Source: Bacteroidales bacterium (GTDB lineage: Bacteria > Bacteroidota > Bacteroidia > Bacteroidales > Muribaculaceae). Taken from it: a DNA stretch of 64,000 nt. The stretch covers positions 681 through 64,680 of the forward strand of contig JAAVFW010000024.1 in the NCBI GenBank assembly GCA_014800535.1. The letters are read 5' to 3'. This document shows, one piece after another, positions 10,432 to 20,337 of the stretch; position 1 is the first letter of the stretch, and every line of letters begins with the position of its first letter. A model generated the notes under the pieces. That model had not been told where the DNA came from and did no database searches. It saw nothing but the letters and a program-made list of their open reading frames with translations. Position numbers and translations under genes: made by a program.

Positions 10432-12308
10432 TTACTTTCAAGTATCAAAATTTCTCGCGGAGCAAATAATCTCACCGGCTCATTTTCCGATTCGATTGCC
10501 ATGACATCCGCACCTGTCATCACATCTGTGTAAATCACTCCCTGCGGAATTGACTCTTTATATCTTGTCATGTCGACACCAATCTCTTCGTCAGTGCCGT
10601 TCATCATGACAATCACTTGTTTTCCATCTGACTCACGCACATAGACATATAATCCATCTTCGGGAATGAAATGCTTCATAGTGCCCTCCGAAACTGCTTT
10701 ATTCCCTTTCCGCCAGTTGCAGATTCGCGAAATAAAATCGTAAGCCTCATTTTGCAAATCCGTTCTCCCCGAAGCGGTGAACGCATCTGTCGTGTCACCA
10801 GGAAAACCTCCGGGCATATCCTTGCGCACATTGCCGTCACCGATTCTTCTGTCACCGCTCATAAGCAATTCTGTGCCATAATAGAGCTGCGGGATTCCGG
10901 GCATAGTCAGCAGAAGTGTAATAGCCTGTTTCCATCGGTCGAGCGAAGACGGTTCTTCCAGAATAACCCTTTCAGTGTCGTGATTATCAAGGAAACGCAA
11001 CACCTTTTTAGGGTCGGGATATATGAAATCCATTGCCAGATGTGTGTAAATGTCGTTGAGTCCGTTCCATGAGTCGGTTCTCTTTCGGAAAGGAGCAAGG
11101 TCTTTCACCTTGGTCATCAAAGCAAAATCCATAACCACAGGCAGTTTTGTGTCGACTCCCATGGCAGCTGCCACAGGTGAACCTTTCTGCCAATATTGCT
11201 CCATAGCCGGTTCGACAAACCAACATTCGCCGGTGATGGTGAAATCGGGGTATTCCTTTTCGACGGCAGCCACCCATTCCCCCATCTTGTCACGGTCGGC
11301 GTAAGGGTAAGTATCCATACGGATTGCATCAATCTGCGATTCCTCAATCCACCATATTGAGTTCTGAATCAGATATTTCATAAGATGAGGATTTTTCTGA
11401 TTCAAATCGGGCATTTCCGCTACAAACCAACCGTCGACAGTCAGATCCCGATCATAGTCAGATGCGTAAGGGTCCATCACCGTCGACAACCGATGATTCG
11501 TCTGGGTGAATTTTCCACCGCAGTTAATCCAATCGGGAGCAGGAGGGTCTGCCATCCAGATATGTTCGCTGCCGCAATGGTTGAAAATCATATCCATCAC
11601 AGTCTTAATCCCTCTGTCATGCAAGTCGGAAATGAGTGCCACATACTCTTCATTTCCTCCGAATCGCGGGTCGACGTTATAATAATCGGTCGTCGCATAG
11701 CCGTGATAACTTCCTAACGGCATATCATTTTCGAGCACAGGATTAACCCATACCGCCGTCACTCCCAAAGAGTCGATATAATTAAGGTGGCTTCGGATTC
11801 CGGTGAGGTCTCCCCCATGACGTATATTAGGATTCTTTCTGTCAACCTCGGCCGGAAATTTCATATTCTTAATCACGTTGTTGGTGGTATCTCCATCGGC
11901 AAACCGGTCGGGCATCACAAGATAAAGCACATCTGCCGAGGTAAATCCGGCTGCACCGCGTTGTGCAACACGCTTCTTTATCTGATAATCTTTGGATATG
12001 TGTTTCTTCCCTTTTGTCCATTCAAGACGCAAATCGCCCGGTGTCATACCCTCAGGGAGAGTGAGATAGACAAACTGCCAGTTTCCGGACTCAGAGGGTG
12101 AGACAACACTGTCCACCCTCACTTCGGGGTTGTTGACAGCAAAAGAGGCCTCGCCGATATTGCGGCCGTAGACCTGAAGCTGAAGTGTCCGGTCGTTCAT
12201 TCCTGCCCACCAATGGGGAGGGTCTATTCTATCGACACTGAAATTTCCGGCAGCCATAGAACATATTGTTACTGCCGAAAATAATGAAAAAGCAGATAAT
12301 CGTTTCAT
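10428..12308 (-). CDS. GH13 neopullulanase/cyclomaltodextrinase (SusA-like)
   Basis: DRIDPPHWW N-domain, MPDRFADGD, YHGYATTDYY, DMIFNH, IRMDT, GECW, FLDNHD catalytic regions. Confidence 0.93.
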   Translation of the reverse strand: MKRLSAFSLFSAVTICSMAAGNFSVDRIDPPHWWAGMNDRTLQLQVYGRNIGEASFAVNNPEVRVDSVVSPSESGNWQFVYLTLPEGMTPGDLRLEWTKGKKHISKDYQIKKRVAQRGAAGFTSADVLYLVMPDRFADGDTTNNVIKNMKFPAEVDRKNPNIRHGGDLTGIRSHLNYIDSLGVTAVWVNPVLENDMPLGSYHGYATTDYYNVDPRFGGNEEYVALISDLHDRGIKTVMDMIFNHCGSEHIWMADPPAPDWINCGGKFTQTNHRLSTVMDPYASDYDRDLTVDGWFVAEMPDLNQKNPHLMKYLIQNSIWWIEESQIDAIRMDTYPYADRDKMGEWVAAVEKEYPDFTITGECWFVEPAMEQYWQKGSPVAAAMGVDTKLPVVMDFALMTKVKDLAPFRKRTDSWNGLNDIYTHLAMDFIYPDPKKVLRFLDNHDTERVILEEPSSLDRWKQAITLLLTMPGIPQLYYGTELLMSGDRRIGDGNVRKDMPGGFPGDTTDAFTASGRTDLQNEAYDFISRICNWRKGNKAVSEGTMKHFIPEDGLYVYVRESDGKQVIVMMNGTDEEIGVDMTRYKESIPQGVIYTDVMTGADVMAIESENEPVRLFAPREILILESK

Positions 12309-12327
12309 AACCTATGATATAAACAAA

Positions 12328-12384
12328 GTGTGCCGGAAAAATTAGGATGCAATCACACATCTTATTTTCCGACACACAAAGTTA
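12328..12384 (-). promoter_or_regulatory. TAACTTTG promoter box overlapping a terminator-like hairpin upstream of the GH13 gene
   Basis: Minus strand: TAACTTTG (12384-12377) overlaps GTGTGTCGGAAAATAAGATG...CATCCTAATTTTTCCGGCACAC, followed by TTTGTTT. Confidence 0.55.
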
Positions 12385-12438
12385 TAAATTTATTTTAAAT
12401 TCTTCTTAAATTTCAGAAGACCTGTTGTTATTTTCCGA

Positions 12439-13296
12439 TCAATCAATCTGAACAATCAGATAAGGAGTGAGGCTCCAGAATGATGAGGGGTTCAAGATTT
12501 TGATAGTCTTTGTTCCGTTAGCATTATCAACAATTTCATAACTGTTGGCGGGCACATTGCTCCAGATCTTCACCTTCTTAGAATTGGTGTTGATTACGTT
12601 GAGCTTACGCTTGTCGGCCTGAGTGAAATAGCTTGTATTGAAATCACCCTTAAGCACCTTGGTTGTGCCGAGGAATTTCTTCTCAAGGAGACCGTTCTTC
12701 TTAAGTTCCTTGTTAGTGCCGACAGCATAGAAGACCTTGTTAGCTTCGTTTTCGGCAGCAACGGTTTCAGCCATAGCCTGCTCTTTTGCAGCTGTTTCAG
12801 TCTTGAGCTGTTCCTGACCTTCTGCAACCTGAGTGTTCAGGTTTTCAATCTCACCGCGAGCATTATCAAGGTCTGACTGCAGAGAAGCGATTTTCTGATC
12901 CTGAGCCTCAATGCGTTCCTTAAGCTGATTGATGGTCTTCACAAGTACGGCATTCTTTCCGTCGGAAGCGTTCAGCTTTGACTGCATGGTTTCGAGCAAC
13001 TGACGGTTAGCGTTCAGACGAGCCTTGATGTTGGCAAGATTCTGACGGATCTCTTCACGACGGTTTACATTATCGCCTGCACCCATGTTGTAAAGAAGAC
13101 CTTCCTGAACGTTGATTGAGTCAAGACCGGTATAGATGTCACCCATCAACAGAAGAAGCGAATCGTTGAAATTGGTAGCTTCTTCATAATTTTGAGTTAC
13201 AATTGCAAGTGAATCAACTTCGGCTGCTTCTTTATTGCCGCCACATGAAGTCAGGAGAAGTGCTCCCAAGCCTAAAAATAAAAGTGTCTTTTTCAT
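12439..13296 (-). CDS. Coiled-coil lipoprotein (conserved Bacteroidales type found next to rsmI)
   Basis: Lipobox LTS-C, long heptad region, C-terminal YAVGTxKELK...FWS domain. Confidence 0.75.
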   Translation of the reverse strand: MKKTLLFLGLGALLLTSCGGNKEAAEVDSLAIVTQNYEEATNFNDSLLLLMGDIYTGLDSINVQEGLLYNMGAGDNVNRREEIRQNLANIKARLNANRQLLETMQSKLNASDGKNAVLVKTINQLKERIEAQDQKIASLQSDLDNARGEIENLNTQVAEGQEQLKTETAAKEQAMAETVAAENEANKVFYAVGTNKELKKNGLLEKKFLGTTKVLKGDFNTSYFTQADKRKLNVINTNSKKVKIWSNVPANSYEIVDNANGTKTIKILNPSSFWSLTPYLIVQID

Positions 13297-13308
13297 GAAT
13301 AATAAATT

Positions 13309-14013
13309 TTATAGTTCATTTTCAGGCTGATGTTGCTTTGCATCATAACCCTCGATTATTATAACAATCTCTCCCTTTGCTTGGTTCATTTCAAAATGTT
13401 CAGATAATTCTCCAAGTGTACCTTTATGGATAGTTTCATGAAGTTTTGAAATCTCCCGGCATACTGCCCCCTGACGTTCGGCACCGAAAAATTCAGTGAG
13501 CTGACGCAGCGTGCGGGCAAGCCGTTTGGGTGATTCGTAAATGATGGTCGTACGGGAGTCGGAGGCAAGTTCTTTCAGGCGTGTCTGTCTCCCCTTCTTC
13601 ACCGGAAGAAACCCTTCGAAAACGAATCTGTCACATGGAAGACCGCTGCTGACAAGAGCCGGAACGAAAGCTGTGGCTCCCGGCAGACATTCAACGTCGA
13701 TGCCGGCACGGCGACACTCTCGGCTCAACATAAATCCGGGGTCGGAGATTCCCGGAGTTCCGGCATCTGAGATAAGTGCAATGTTATTTCCGGCTTCAAT
13801 CAGATTGACAAGTTCAGCTGAGGTCTGATGCTCATTGAATTTATGATGACTACGCATAGGAGTTGTAATCTCGAAATGCTTCAACAGCACTCCGCTTGTG
13901 CGTGTGTCTTCAGCTAATATCAAATCCGCTTCCTTCAATATGCGAATCGCTCTGAAAGTCATGTCTTCAAGATTCCCGACAGGTGTGGGAACAATATATA
14001 ATTTGCCAGCCAT
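13309..14013 (-). CDS. rsmI: 16S rRNA (cytidine1402-2'-O)-methyltransferase
   Basis: LYIVPTPVGNLEDMTFRA, AEDTR, SDAGTPGISDPG, FEGFLP, YESPxR. Confidence 0.97.
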   Translation of the reverse strand: MAGKLYIVPTPVGNLEDMTFRAIRILKEADLILAEDTRTSGVLLKHFEITTPMRSHHKFNEHQTSAELVNLIEAGNNIALISDAGTPGISDPGFMLSRECRRAGIDVECLPGATAFVPALVSSGLPCDRFVFEGFLPVKKGRQTRLKELASDSRTTIIYESPKRLARTLRQLTEFFGAERQGAVCREISKLHETIHKGTLGELSEHFEMNQAKGEIVIIIEGYDAKQHQPENEL

Positions 14014-14024
14014 GATTATATCTA

Positions 14025-14780
14025 TCAGCTTTTTTCCGTTATGACCTTCTCAATAAATTCCTCCTTCAGTTCTTCGTCGGAATGACTGAGATTCTTTCGC
14101 AAATAATCTTCTGCCTGAGCTGCCGACAGCTTGTCGAGATTATCAAGCATTTCAACAAGTTGTTTTCTTCCTCCGAATAAATATGAGAAGCGGAACATGT
14201 CGTTAAGGCTGAATCTCTTTTTCAACTGCCCCTTTCCTGCTGCGATCTCCTCAACATTTTCAGAAACAGTGTTTTTTTCAGCCTGGGAAAGAGATTCGAG
14301 ATCATCATTTTCCGGCTTTTGATTATTATCAATCACCTCCTCACCTTCTGATTCTATTTCATTCTCTATATAGGTGGCGACATCGTAAGGTTTTTCCATT
14401 TCTGAAGATGTTTCATCGAGTGATTCTTGTTTCTCTTCCACCTCTTCTTCATCTTCTTCGTCTGACAGAGCATAGCTTGAAAATTCATCATCTTCTTCCA
14501 AGTCAGTCTCTTCGTCAATCCGCTCATCATCAACAACCTCTTCATCAACGGTCGCTTCTCCGTCGTCAAAGTGAATCTGTTCGACTTCCGCCACAACCTC
14601 ATCTTTGTCGTCATCCTTCTCCGAAGCGAATGAGGCAACCGCATCAATCTTAGAGTCAATCAGATTAAGCAGTTCCCGATTCTCTGCATCGCGCGACAAA
14701 GCGAGGTGAAGCAATCCTTCGAGCTCAAAAACATTGTCAAGGAGCTTCCTTAACTCTTCTTTATTATTATTCATAGTCAT
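14025..14780 (-). CDS. Hypothetical protein with long acidic linker
   Basis: 251-aa ORF in operon; D/E-rich centre; C-terminal FSLNDMFRF..LFGG domain. Confidence 0.7.
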   Translation of the reverse strand: MTMNNNKEELRKLLDNVFELEGLLHLALSRDAENRELLNLIDSKIDAVASFASEKDDDKDEVVAEVEQIHFDDGEATVDEEVVDDERIDEETDLEEDDEFSSYALSDEEDEEEVEEKQESLDETSSEMEKPYDVATYIENEIESEGEEVIDNNQKPENDDLESLSQAEKNTVSENVEEIAAGKGQLKKRFSLNDMFRFSYLFGGRKQLVEMLDNLDKLSAAQAEDYLRKNLSHSDEELKEEFIEKVITEKS

Positions 14781-14820
14781 TAAATTTTTCCGGTTAAAGG
14801 GTTTCTAACATCTGCCCTAT

Positions 14821-16017
14821 TTATACAAACACTTCAAGAAGCATTTTTTCAACAGCAGCTCGTGCGGCTGTTCTGTCGCCCATATCGTTGATAATGACAA
14901 CAACGGAATGGGTCGGAGCAAAGTCGTCGTCGAGTTTATATCCGGCATAGCATTGAATTCCGTTCATACTTCCGGTCTTCAAAGCAATGTAACTGTCAAG
15001 GGGTGTACCGGCAAGAAATCGTTTAAGCGTACCCTCCTGTCCTGCAAGTGGTAAAAACGATGCGAAGTCAACATTTCCGCTCATGTGAGCGAGCACACTG
15101 TCGAGGAATTGAGCGGTCAGTCGATTGGAGCGAGACAAACCGGAGCCATCGACAATATTCACACCTGCCATCGGAGCTCCTGTCTTTTTCCATCTCTCCA
15201 TCTCGTATGACGTGCCACCGTCGGTTGTGCCGCATTTCCCTTTCAACACAGGTATCGTGCGAAGCAATGACTCGGCAAAAAGATTGTCGCTGCGCATCAT
15301 GCAGGAACGCATTATTTCTGAAATAGGAGCAGATTTATGGTCAACAAGCAATGAGCGATTCCCTTCTCTGATGCTTTCGTTGCCAAAGGTGACACCGTCG
15401 GCAACAAGCACTGCCTTCAGACGATTTTCAAACACTGAGACAGGATTGGAAACAGCACGCTTTCCGGATGCGTTTCTCTCGAAGTTAAGTCCATGACAGC
15501 CGGTGCCGTAAGATTGCGCGAGGTCACCGGATGCCCATGTCGGAGGACAGGCGGGGCCACCGAACACCTGACAGTCGATTATCAATCTGCCGTCGATGTT
15601 TCTCACACTTTTTTTTCTCAATGCATCTCTTATTTCAACCAGAATGTCGGAGCTGCGCGGCTCGCAGGACGCATTGAGCGAAGGGTCGCCGCTTCCGACA
15701 ACAACGAGGTTTCCTTCGAGATGTCCGTCTCTGATATGACCGTCGGTGTATACCTTGGTATGATATATATAGTCAGAACCTGATTCTTCAAGAAGGGAGG
15801 CAATTGTGACGGTCTTCATGATTGAGGCCGGAATCAATGGCTTCGATTCATTGTAAGAGACCACTGTCTCGCCGTTTGAGAGGTCGGTGATAAGCACTGC
15901 CACCGATTGAGGGCGTATTGCCGGGGAAGCAAGAAATTTGTCGACAACTCCATCGGCCAAAGCTAAAGGAAGTGTCAGCAGAAAAAATAACAGTGAAAAC
16001 AAAGTGCGCAATTTCAT
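14821..16017 (-). CDS. dacB: D-alanyl-D-alanine carboxypeptidase/endopeptidase (PBP4, peptidase S13)
   Basis: PASIMK (SxxK), GSGDPSL, SDN (SxN), DGSGLSR, KTG motifs. Confidence 0.93.
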   Translation of the reverse strand: MKLRTLFSLLFFLLTLPLALADGVVDKFLASPAIRPQSVAVLITDLSNGETVVSYNESKPLIPASIMKTVTIASLLEESGSDYIYHTKVYTDGHIRDGHLEGNLVVVGSGDPSLNASCEPRSSDILVEIRDALRKKSVRNIDGRLIIDCQVFGGPACPPTWASGDLAQSYGTGCHGLNFERNASGKRAVSNPVSVFENRLKAVLVADGVTFGNESIREGNRSLLVDHKSAPISEIMRSCMMRSDNLFAESLLRTIPVLKGKCGTTDGGTSYEMERWKKTGAPMAGVNIVDGSGLSRSNRLTAQFLDSVLAHMSGNVDFASFLPLAGQEGTLKRFLAGTPLDSYIALKTGSMNGIQCYAGYKLDDDFAPTHSVVVIINDMGDRTAARAAVEKMLLEVFV

Positions 16018-16072
16018 CTTCTTCTCTATTTTCTAAATTTCAGCAACGATAACTATTTTTTATTCTTCTTCA

Positions 16073-17212
16073 TCATCTTGTCTCCTTCGAATCAGAGTTG
16101 TGTAAATGCTTTTTTGATTCGGGATACCTGACAACGTAAAGATCATAATAAGAGAGGACAAGCGTAGTGAGCGGGAGAGCTATTATCAAACCGAGGAATC
16201 CGAGCAAGGCTCCCCACACCGATAATGAAAGAAGTATGATTGCCGGATTCAGTCCCATCGCGCTACCCATTATCTTGGGAGTGAGAATAAGGTCTTGTGT
16301 GCATTGCACAATGACATAGACAGCCATACATTCGCAAAACAACATCCAGAAGTCAGCTCCTCCGGCTGCTCCGACAAGGCAAAGGATTGCGGCAATCGGC
16401 AGCGAAATGAGCTGGAGATATGGCACGAGATTCAGCACTCCGATAAACATGCCGAACACTATTCCCATCGGAAGTTTAATAATTACGAATCCAATCGAAA
16501 ACAACACTCCAACGAGCATTGCTATCAGAAACTGCCCGCGGAAATAGCGGTTCATGGCGTTTTTAATATCGTTGAAAACATGAAAAACACGATGACGATG
16601 GCGATATGGCACAAGCTGGCGGAAGGAAAGCATCAGACGTTCGTAGTCGAGCATTATGAAAATCACATACAAGATCACAATCAGCCAACTGAAGACGGCC
16701 GCAATGATTGCGACACCGCTGCTCAGGAAGGACCATGATTTGGCAAGTCCTCCTTTAATCAATGAAACCCATTGCTCGCGTGTCAGATATCGTGAGAGCT
16801 CGTTAAAGTCGATGTTGTCGCGAATAAAACGATGTATCTGGTCTGAAAGATATGGAATTTTTATCTGATTCGAGGCGTATTCTGAAATAAGTGTGGTCAT
16901 CTGCTTGGTTTCATCAACCAGATAGGGAATGACAATCACACAAATAAGTGCAAAAATTGCAAGTGTCTCAATAAGAGTCAGAATAACCGGAATAAAACGC
17001 TTTCGGCAGCGTGTCCATTTCATATTCCAGCCGACAATAGGCTCAAGCATATAAGCAATAAGACACGCCACAAGGAAAGGGAGCAAAACTCCTTTCAATG
17101 TGCTGAGCAACCAAATAACTATTGCGGCTACACCTATGGAAAACATTATCCTTACAACCCTGTCGAAGGTGTATGGCCTGCGATCATAGCCGCTTTGATT
17201 TTCTGAATCCAT
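16073..17212 (-). CDS. AI-2E family transporter
   Basis: PFLVAxxIAYxLEP, YFRGQ, PKIMGxxMGLNP, GLIIALP. Confidence 0.92.
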   Translation of the reverse strand: MDSENQSGYDRRPYTFDRVVRIMFSIGVAAIVIWLLSTLKGVLLPFLVACLIAYMLEPIVGWNMKWTRCRKRFIPVILTLIETLAIFALICVIVIPYLVDETKQMTTLISEYASNQIKIPYLSDQIHRFIRDNIDFNELSRYLTREQWVSLIKGGLAKSWSFLSSGVAIIAAVFSWLIVILYVIFIMLDYERLMLSFRQLVPYRHRHRVFHVFNDIKNAMNRYFRGQFLIAMLVGVLFSIGFVIIKLPMGIVFGMFIGVLNLVPYLQLISLPIAAILCLVGAAGGADFWMLFCECMAVYVIVQCTQDLILTPKIMGSAMGLNPAIILLSLSVWGALLGFLGLIIALPLTTLVLSYYDLYVVRYPESKKHLHNSDSKETR

Positions 17213-17238
17213 ACTATGATTTTTTAATTGTCTGGTCG

Positions 17239-19545
17239 TTATTTCATTTTGTCAAACTCTGTGGAGTCTCCCACTAACCACACGATGTCGCCTTCGTGGA
17301 GCACGGTCTGAGGTTCGGGCTGGAGAAACTCTTCGTCTCCTCGCTGAATCTTGACAATCATAGCGAAATAATCCTTATGAATATCCGTATCCGAAAGGGG
17401 CTTATTGATAATGGGCGACTTTGAAGTCAGTTTGATACTCTTGAGTTCAACTTCGGGTCTTCGTTTCGGTGTCGGAACTCTCTTTTCAGCTTCTTCAATG
17501 TCGTCGTTTAGATGCTTGATCTGATCGTCAGTGCCGATTACACCCAATACGTCGCCGGGGAAGATTCTTTGGTTGCTCGACGGCAGTGGGATAAGTCGGT
17601 CACCTCTTCTGATTGATGAAATGCTGACCCCATATTCCGAACGCAGATTGCTGTCGCGAAGACGGTCGCCTACGAAGGGGGTGTTGACGCCCACCTCAAC
17701 GTATGCCTGATGAAGATCGCTGACAAGGTTATTGTTGCGCCCAAGTCGTGTGTTTTCGCGTATGTTAAGGTTATCCATAAACCTCTTTTCCATACGTTTA
17801 TAATTTGACATAATCTGATTGGAGGCAAATGCTATTATTATCAGGAAGCAGGCAAGCCCGACAATCCATCCGACAACAGATGAGTAGACGCTCGAAACAA
17901 AATAAACAATAAACAGAAGGGTGATGAGATAACGGATTACGCGCATCGCCACCAGCGGAACATCATAGAAACTTGCAGTTGCGTGCAGTTTCATTCTTTC
18001 GTCGGGCTTCGTTGAGCTGAACGAGAGGGCAACAAGGAATGGCGACATAAGCGCGATGGTGACTATCGTTGCCATAAGATGTCCGGAGGCCGGGAATATT
18101 CTCTCAAGGAATGGGAATATTATAATCTTGGAGATAAGGATGATAGCCACAAGTATCACTGAATAAAGCAACACTCGCCACACATAGCGTGCTATAATAT
18201 CTTTCCATAGACGTTTTGTTTCATTCGAGTCGCTGACCTGTTTTGAATAGCGGTCAATGAGAAATTCCAATCCTTTCGGCAGCCGGGGTGCTATGAAATT
18301 ATAGACCGGTCCGGAAAGTTTGATAAAGTATGGGGTGGTGAAAATCGTAATGACTGACACTGCCACTATGATAGGGTAAAGGGAATCTTTCAGCACTCCA
18401 AGCGACATGCCGAGTGAGGCTATGATGAATGAGAATTCACCTATCTGTGTCAGAGAAAGTCCGCTCTCTATCGCCACCTTCAACGATTGTCCTGTTACGA
18501 GCATGCCGACTGTGCCGAAAATAAACATGCCGAGGATTACGACAACGGCAAGAATAAGAATCTCCATCCAATATGTCGAAATGACTGTCGGGTCGACCAT
18601 CATGCCGACGGAGATAAAGAAGACCGAGCCGAAGAGGTCTTTCACCGGCTGAACAACTTTCTCCATTCTCTCCGCAACCATAGTGCCGGCAAGGATGCTG
18701 CCCATGACGAATGAACCGAGTTCGAGAGAGAATCCACACATCACCGAGAATGCCGCCATAGTGAAACATAATCCCATAGAGACAACAAGCAGTGTCTCGC
18801 TGTTGAGATAACGCGCAATCTTATGAAGGAGCGATGGGAGAACGTAAACTCCGATTACAAACCATATAATCAGGAAAAATCCAAGTTTAGCCATTGAATA
18901 GATCAAATCCATTCCGGCAAGTTCTCCTTTGGCAACCGATGACAGAATAACCAACATCAGGACGGCGAAAAGGTCTTCGATGATAAGCACGGCAAGCACA
19001 AGAGAGGCAAACTTCTTTTGTCGTAAGCCCAAGTCGTTTAATGCTTTAATAATGATTGTTGTCGACGACATCGAAATCATACCTCCGAGAAAGATGCAGT
19101 TTATCGGGTCAAGGTGAAGAAGACATCCGACACCAAATCCGGCAAACGTCATTCCGGTGATGATTATGAGTGCCGTCACAATCGCGGAACTTCCGGAGTT
19201 CATCAGCTTCTTAAAGCTGAACTCCAGGCCTAATGTGAACATCAGCACGACAATGCCAAGCTCTGCCCAGAACTCGATATTAGTCATGTTGGAAATGGAG
19301 GGGAGATACATAAACTTGGGACTCGCAAGGAAACCTGCAAGTATATATCCGAGCACGACCGGTTGCTTTAATTTTTTGAATAGCAACGTCACGATTGCAG
19401 CTAACAGAAGAATCCATGCCAGGTCAAGTATCAGACCATTGGTGTGAGATTCATTGCTTTGCTGTTGTGAAGATTCAGGATTTATTTCAGTGTAAAACGT
19501 TTCACTGACCTGCTCCACAGTTGGATTAATGGTGAGAGATATCAT
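17239..19545 (-). CDS. CPA2 cation:proton antiporter with two TrkA-C domains
   Basis: KQPVVLGYILAG, GLEFS, SSTTIIIK, EDLFAV, QIGEFSFII; C-terminal RCK-C repeats (GDVLGVIG, GDIVWLVG). Confidence 0.92.
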   Translation of the reverse strand: MISLTINPTVEQVSETFYTEINPESSQQQSNESHTNGLILDLAWILLLAAIVTLLFKKLKQPVVLGYILAGFLASPKFMYLPSISNMTNIEFWAELGIVVLMFTLGLEFSFKKLMNSGSSAIVTALIIITGMTFAGFGVGCLLHLDPINCIFLGGMISMSSTTIIIKALNDLGLRQKKFASLVLAVLIIEDLFAVLMLVILSSVAKGELAGMDLIYSMAKLGFFLIIWFVIGVYVLPSLLHKIARYLNSETLLVVSMGLCFTMAAFSVMCGFSLELGSFVMGSILAGTMVAERMEKVVQPVKDLFGSVFFISVGMMVDPTVISTYWMEILILAVVVILGMFIFGTVGMLVTGQSLKVAIESGLSLTQIGEFSFIIASLGMSLGVLKDSLYPIIVAVSVITIFTTPYFIKLSGPVYNFIAPRLPKGLEFLIDRYSKQVSDSNETKRLWKDIIARYVWRVLLYSVILVAIILISKIIIFPFLERIFPASGHLMATIVTIALMSPFLVALSFSSTKPDERMKLHATASFYDVPLVAMRVIRYLITLLFIVYFVSSVYSSVVGWIVGLACFLIIIAFASNQIMSNYKRMEKRFMDNLNIRENTRLGRNNNLVSDLHQAYVEVGVNTPFVGDRLRDSNLRSEYGVSISSIRRGDRLIPLPSSNQRIFPGDVLGVIGTDDQIKHLNDDIEEAEKRVPTPKRRPEVELKSIKLTSKSPIINKPLSDTDIHKDYFAMIVKIQRGDEEFLQPEPQTVLHEGDIVWLVGDSTEFDKMK

Positions 19546-20285
19546 ATTTCAACTACGTTGGAGATATTAATAGCTTTTGTTTTATTCACTTCCTTAAGTT
19601 TTTCGAGCACCGGGATAAGCTCCTGTCGGGCATGGGCGAGAATAACCATGTTCAATTCGCTCGTATTGTTGTCATAATCATACTGAGCGTAGATGGAACG
19701 GATGTGTATGTCGTTCTGCGCCAACACTTTTTTATAAGCTTTGACATCATAGACAATGCCATAAAGGTAAAGGTTGATGACCTTGCTCACCTGCCCCATG
19801 CCGCGCCATTTTTCGTAACGCTCAAATAGCACAAGCACAACAAGAATCATAATTGTCGCACCAACCGACACTCCATACATTCCGACGCCGACAGCCATCC
19901 CGATAATGGCCGTAACCCATATTCCGGCTGCGGTTGTCAATCCGCGCACCGACCCCTTCATCTGTATCATCGCACCACCACCGAGGAAACCGATACCGGT
20001 GATAACCTGCGCGGCAATTCGACCGGGGTCGCCGTTCTTAAGCCCCATGTATTCCTGCGGAACATAAATGGATAGAAGCATCGCAAGACATGCGCCCATC
20101 GAGATAAGGGCAAAGGTGCGGATGCCGGCAATCTGACCCTTATTCTTGCGTTCCGCTCCTACAACCGCTCCAAGAATCATGCTCAGAAGGAGTCGCCACA
20201 TAGCGTTAAATATATTGACATCCATCGAGACAAGTTGCTCATTCATAGAGACAAACTGCTCATAAAGCCAGTGCATATATGACAT
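19542..20285 (-). CDS. MgtC/SapB family protein
   Basis: AGIRTFAL, DPGRIAAQVITGIGFLGGG, GLTTAAGIW. Confidence 0.93.
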   Translation of the reverse strand: MSYMHWLYEQFVSMNEQLVSMDVNIFNAMWRLLLSMILGAVVGAERKNKGQIAGIRTFALISMGACLAMLLSIYVPQEYMGLKNGDPGRIAAQVITGIGFLGGGAMIQMKGSVRGLTTAAGIWVTAIIGMAVGVGMYGVSVGATIMILVVLVLFERYEKWRGMGQVSKVINLYLYGIVYDVKAYKKVLAQNDIHIRSIYAQYDYDNNTSELNMVILAHARQELIPVLEKLKEVNKTKAINISNVVEI

Positions 20286-20337
20286 AATGTCTGATATATT
20301 AGGGTTCTGTTTGTTATTCTCTTTTTATCTTACATTT

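Noticed and set aside
4645-12308. Canonical starch utilisation locus
   Set aside because: No SusR, SusB, SusE/F or SusG, and a SPOR gene plus a separate promoter-like region lie between GH13 and susC.
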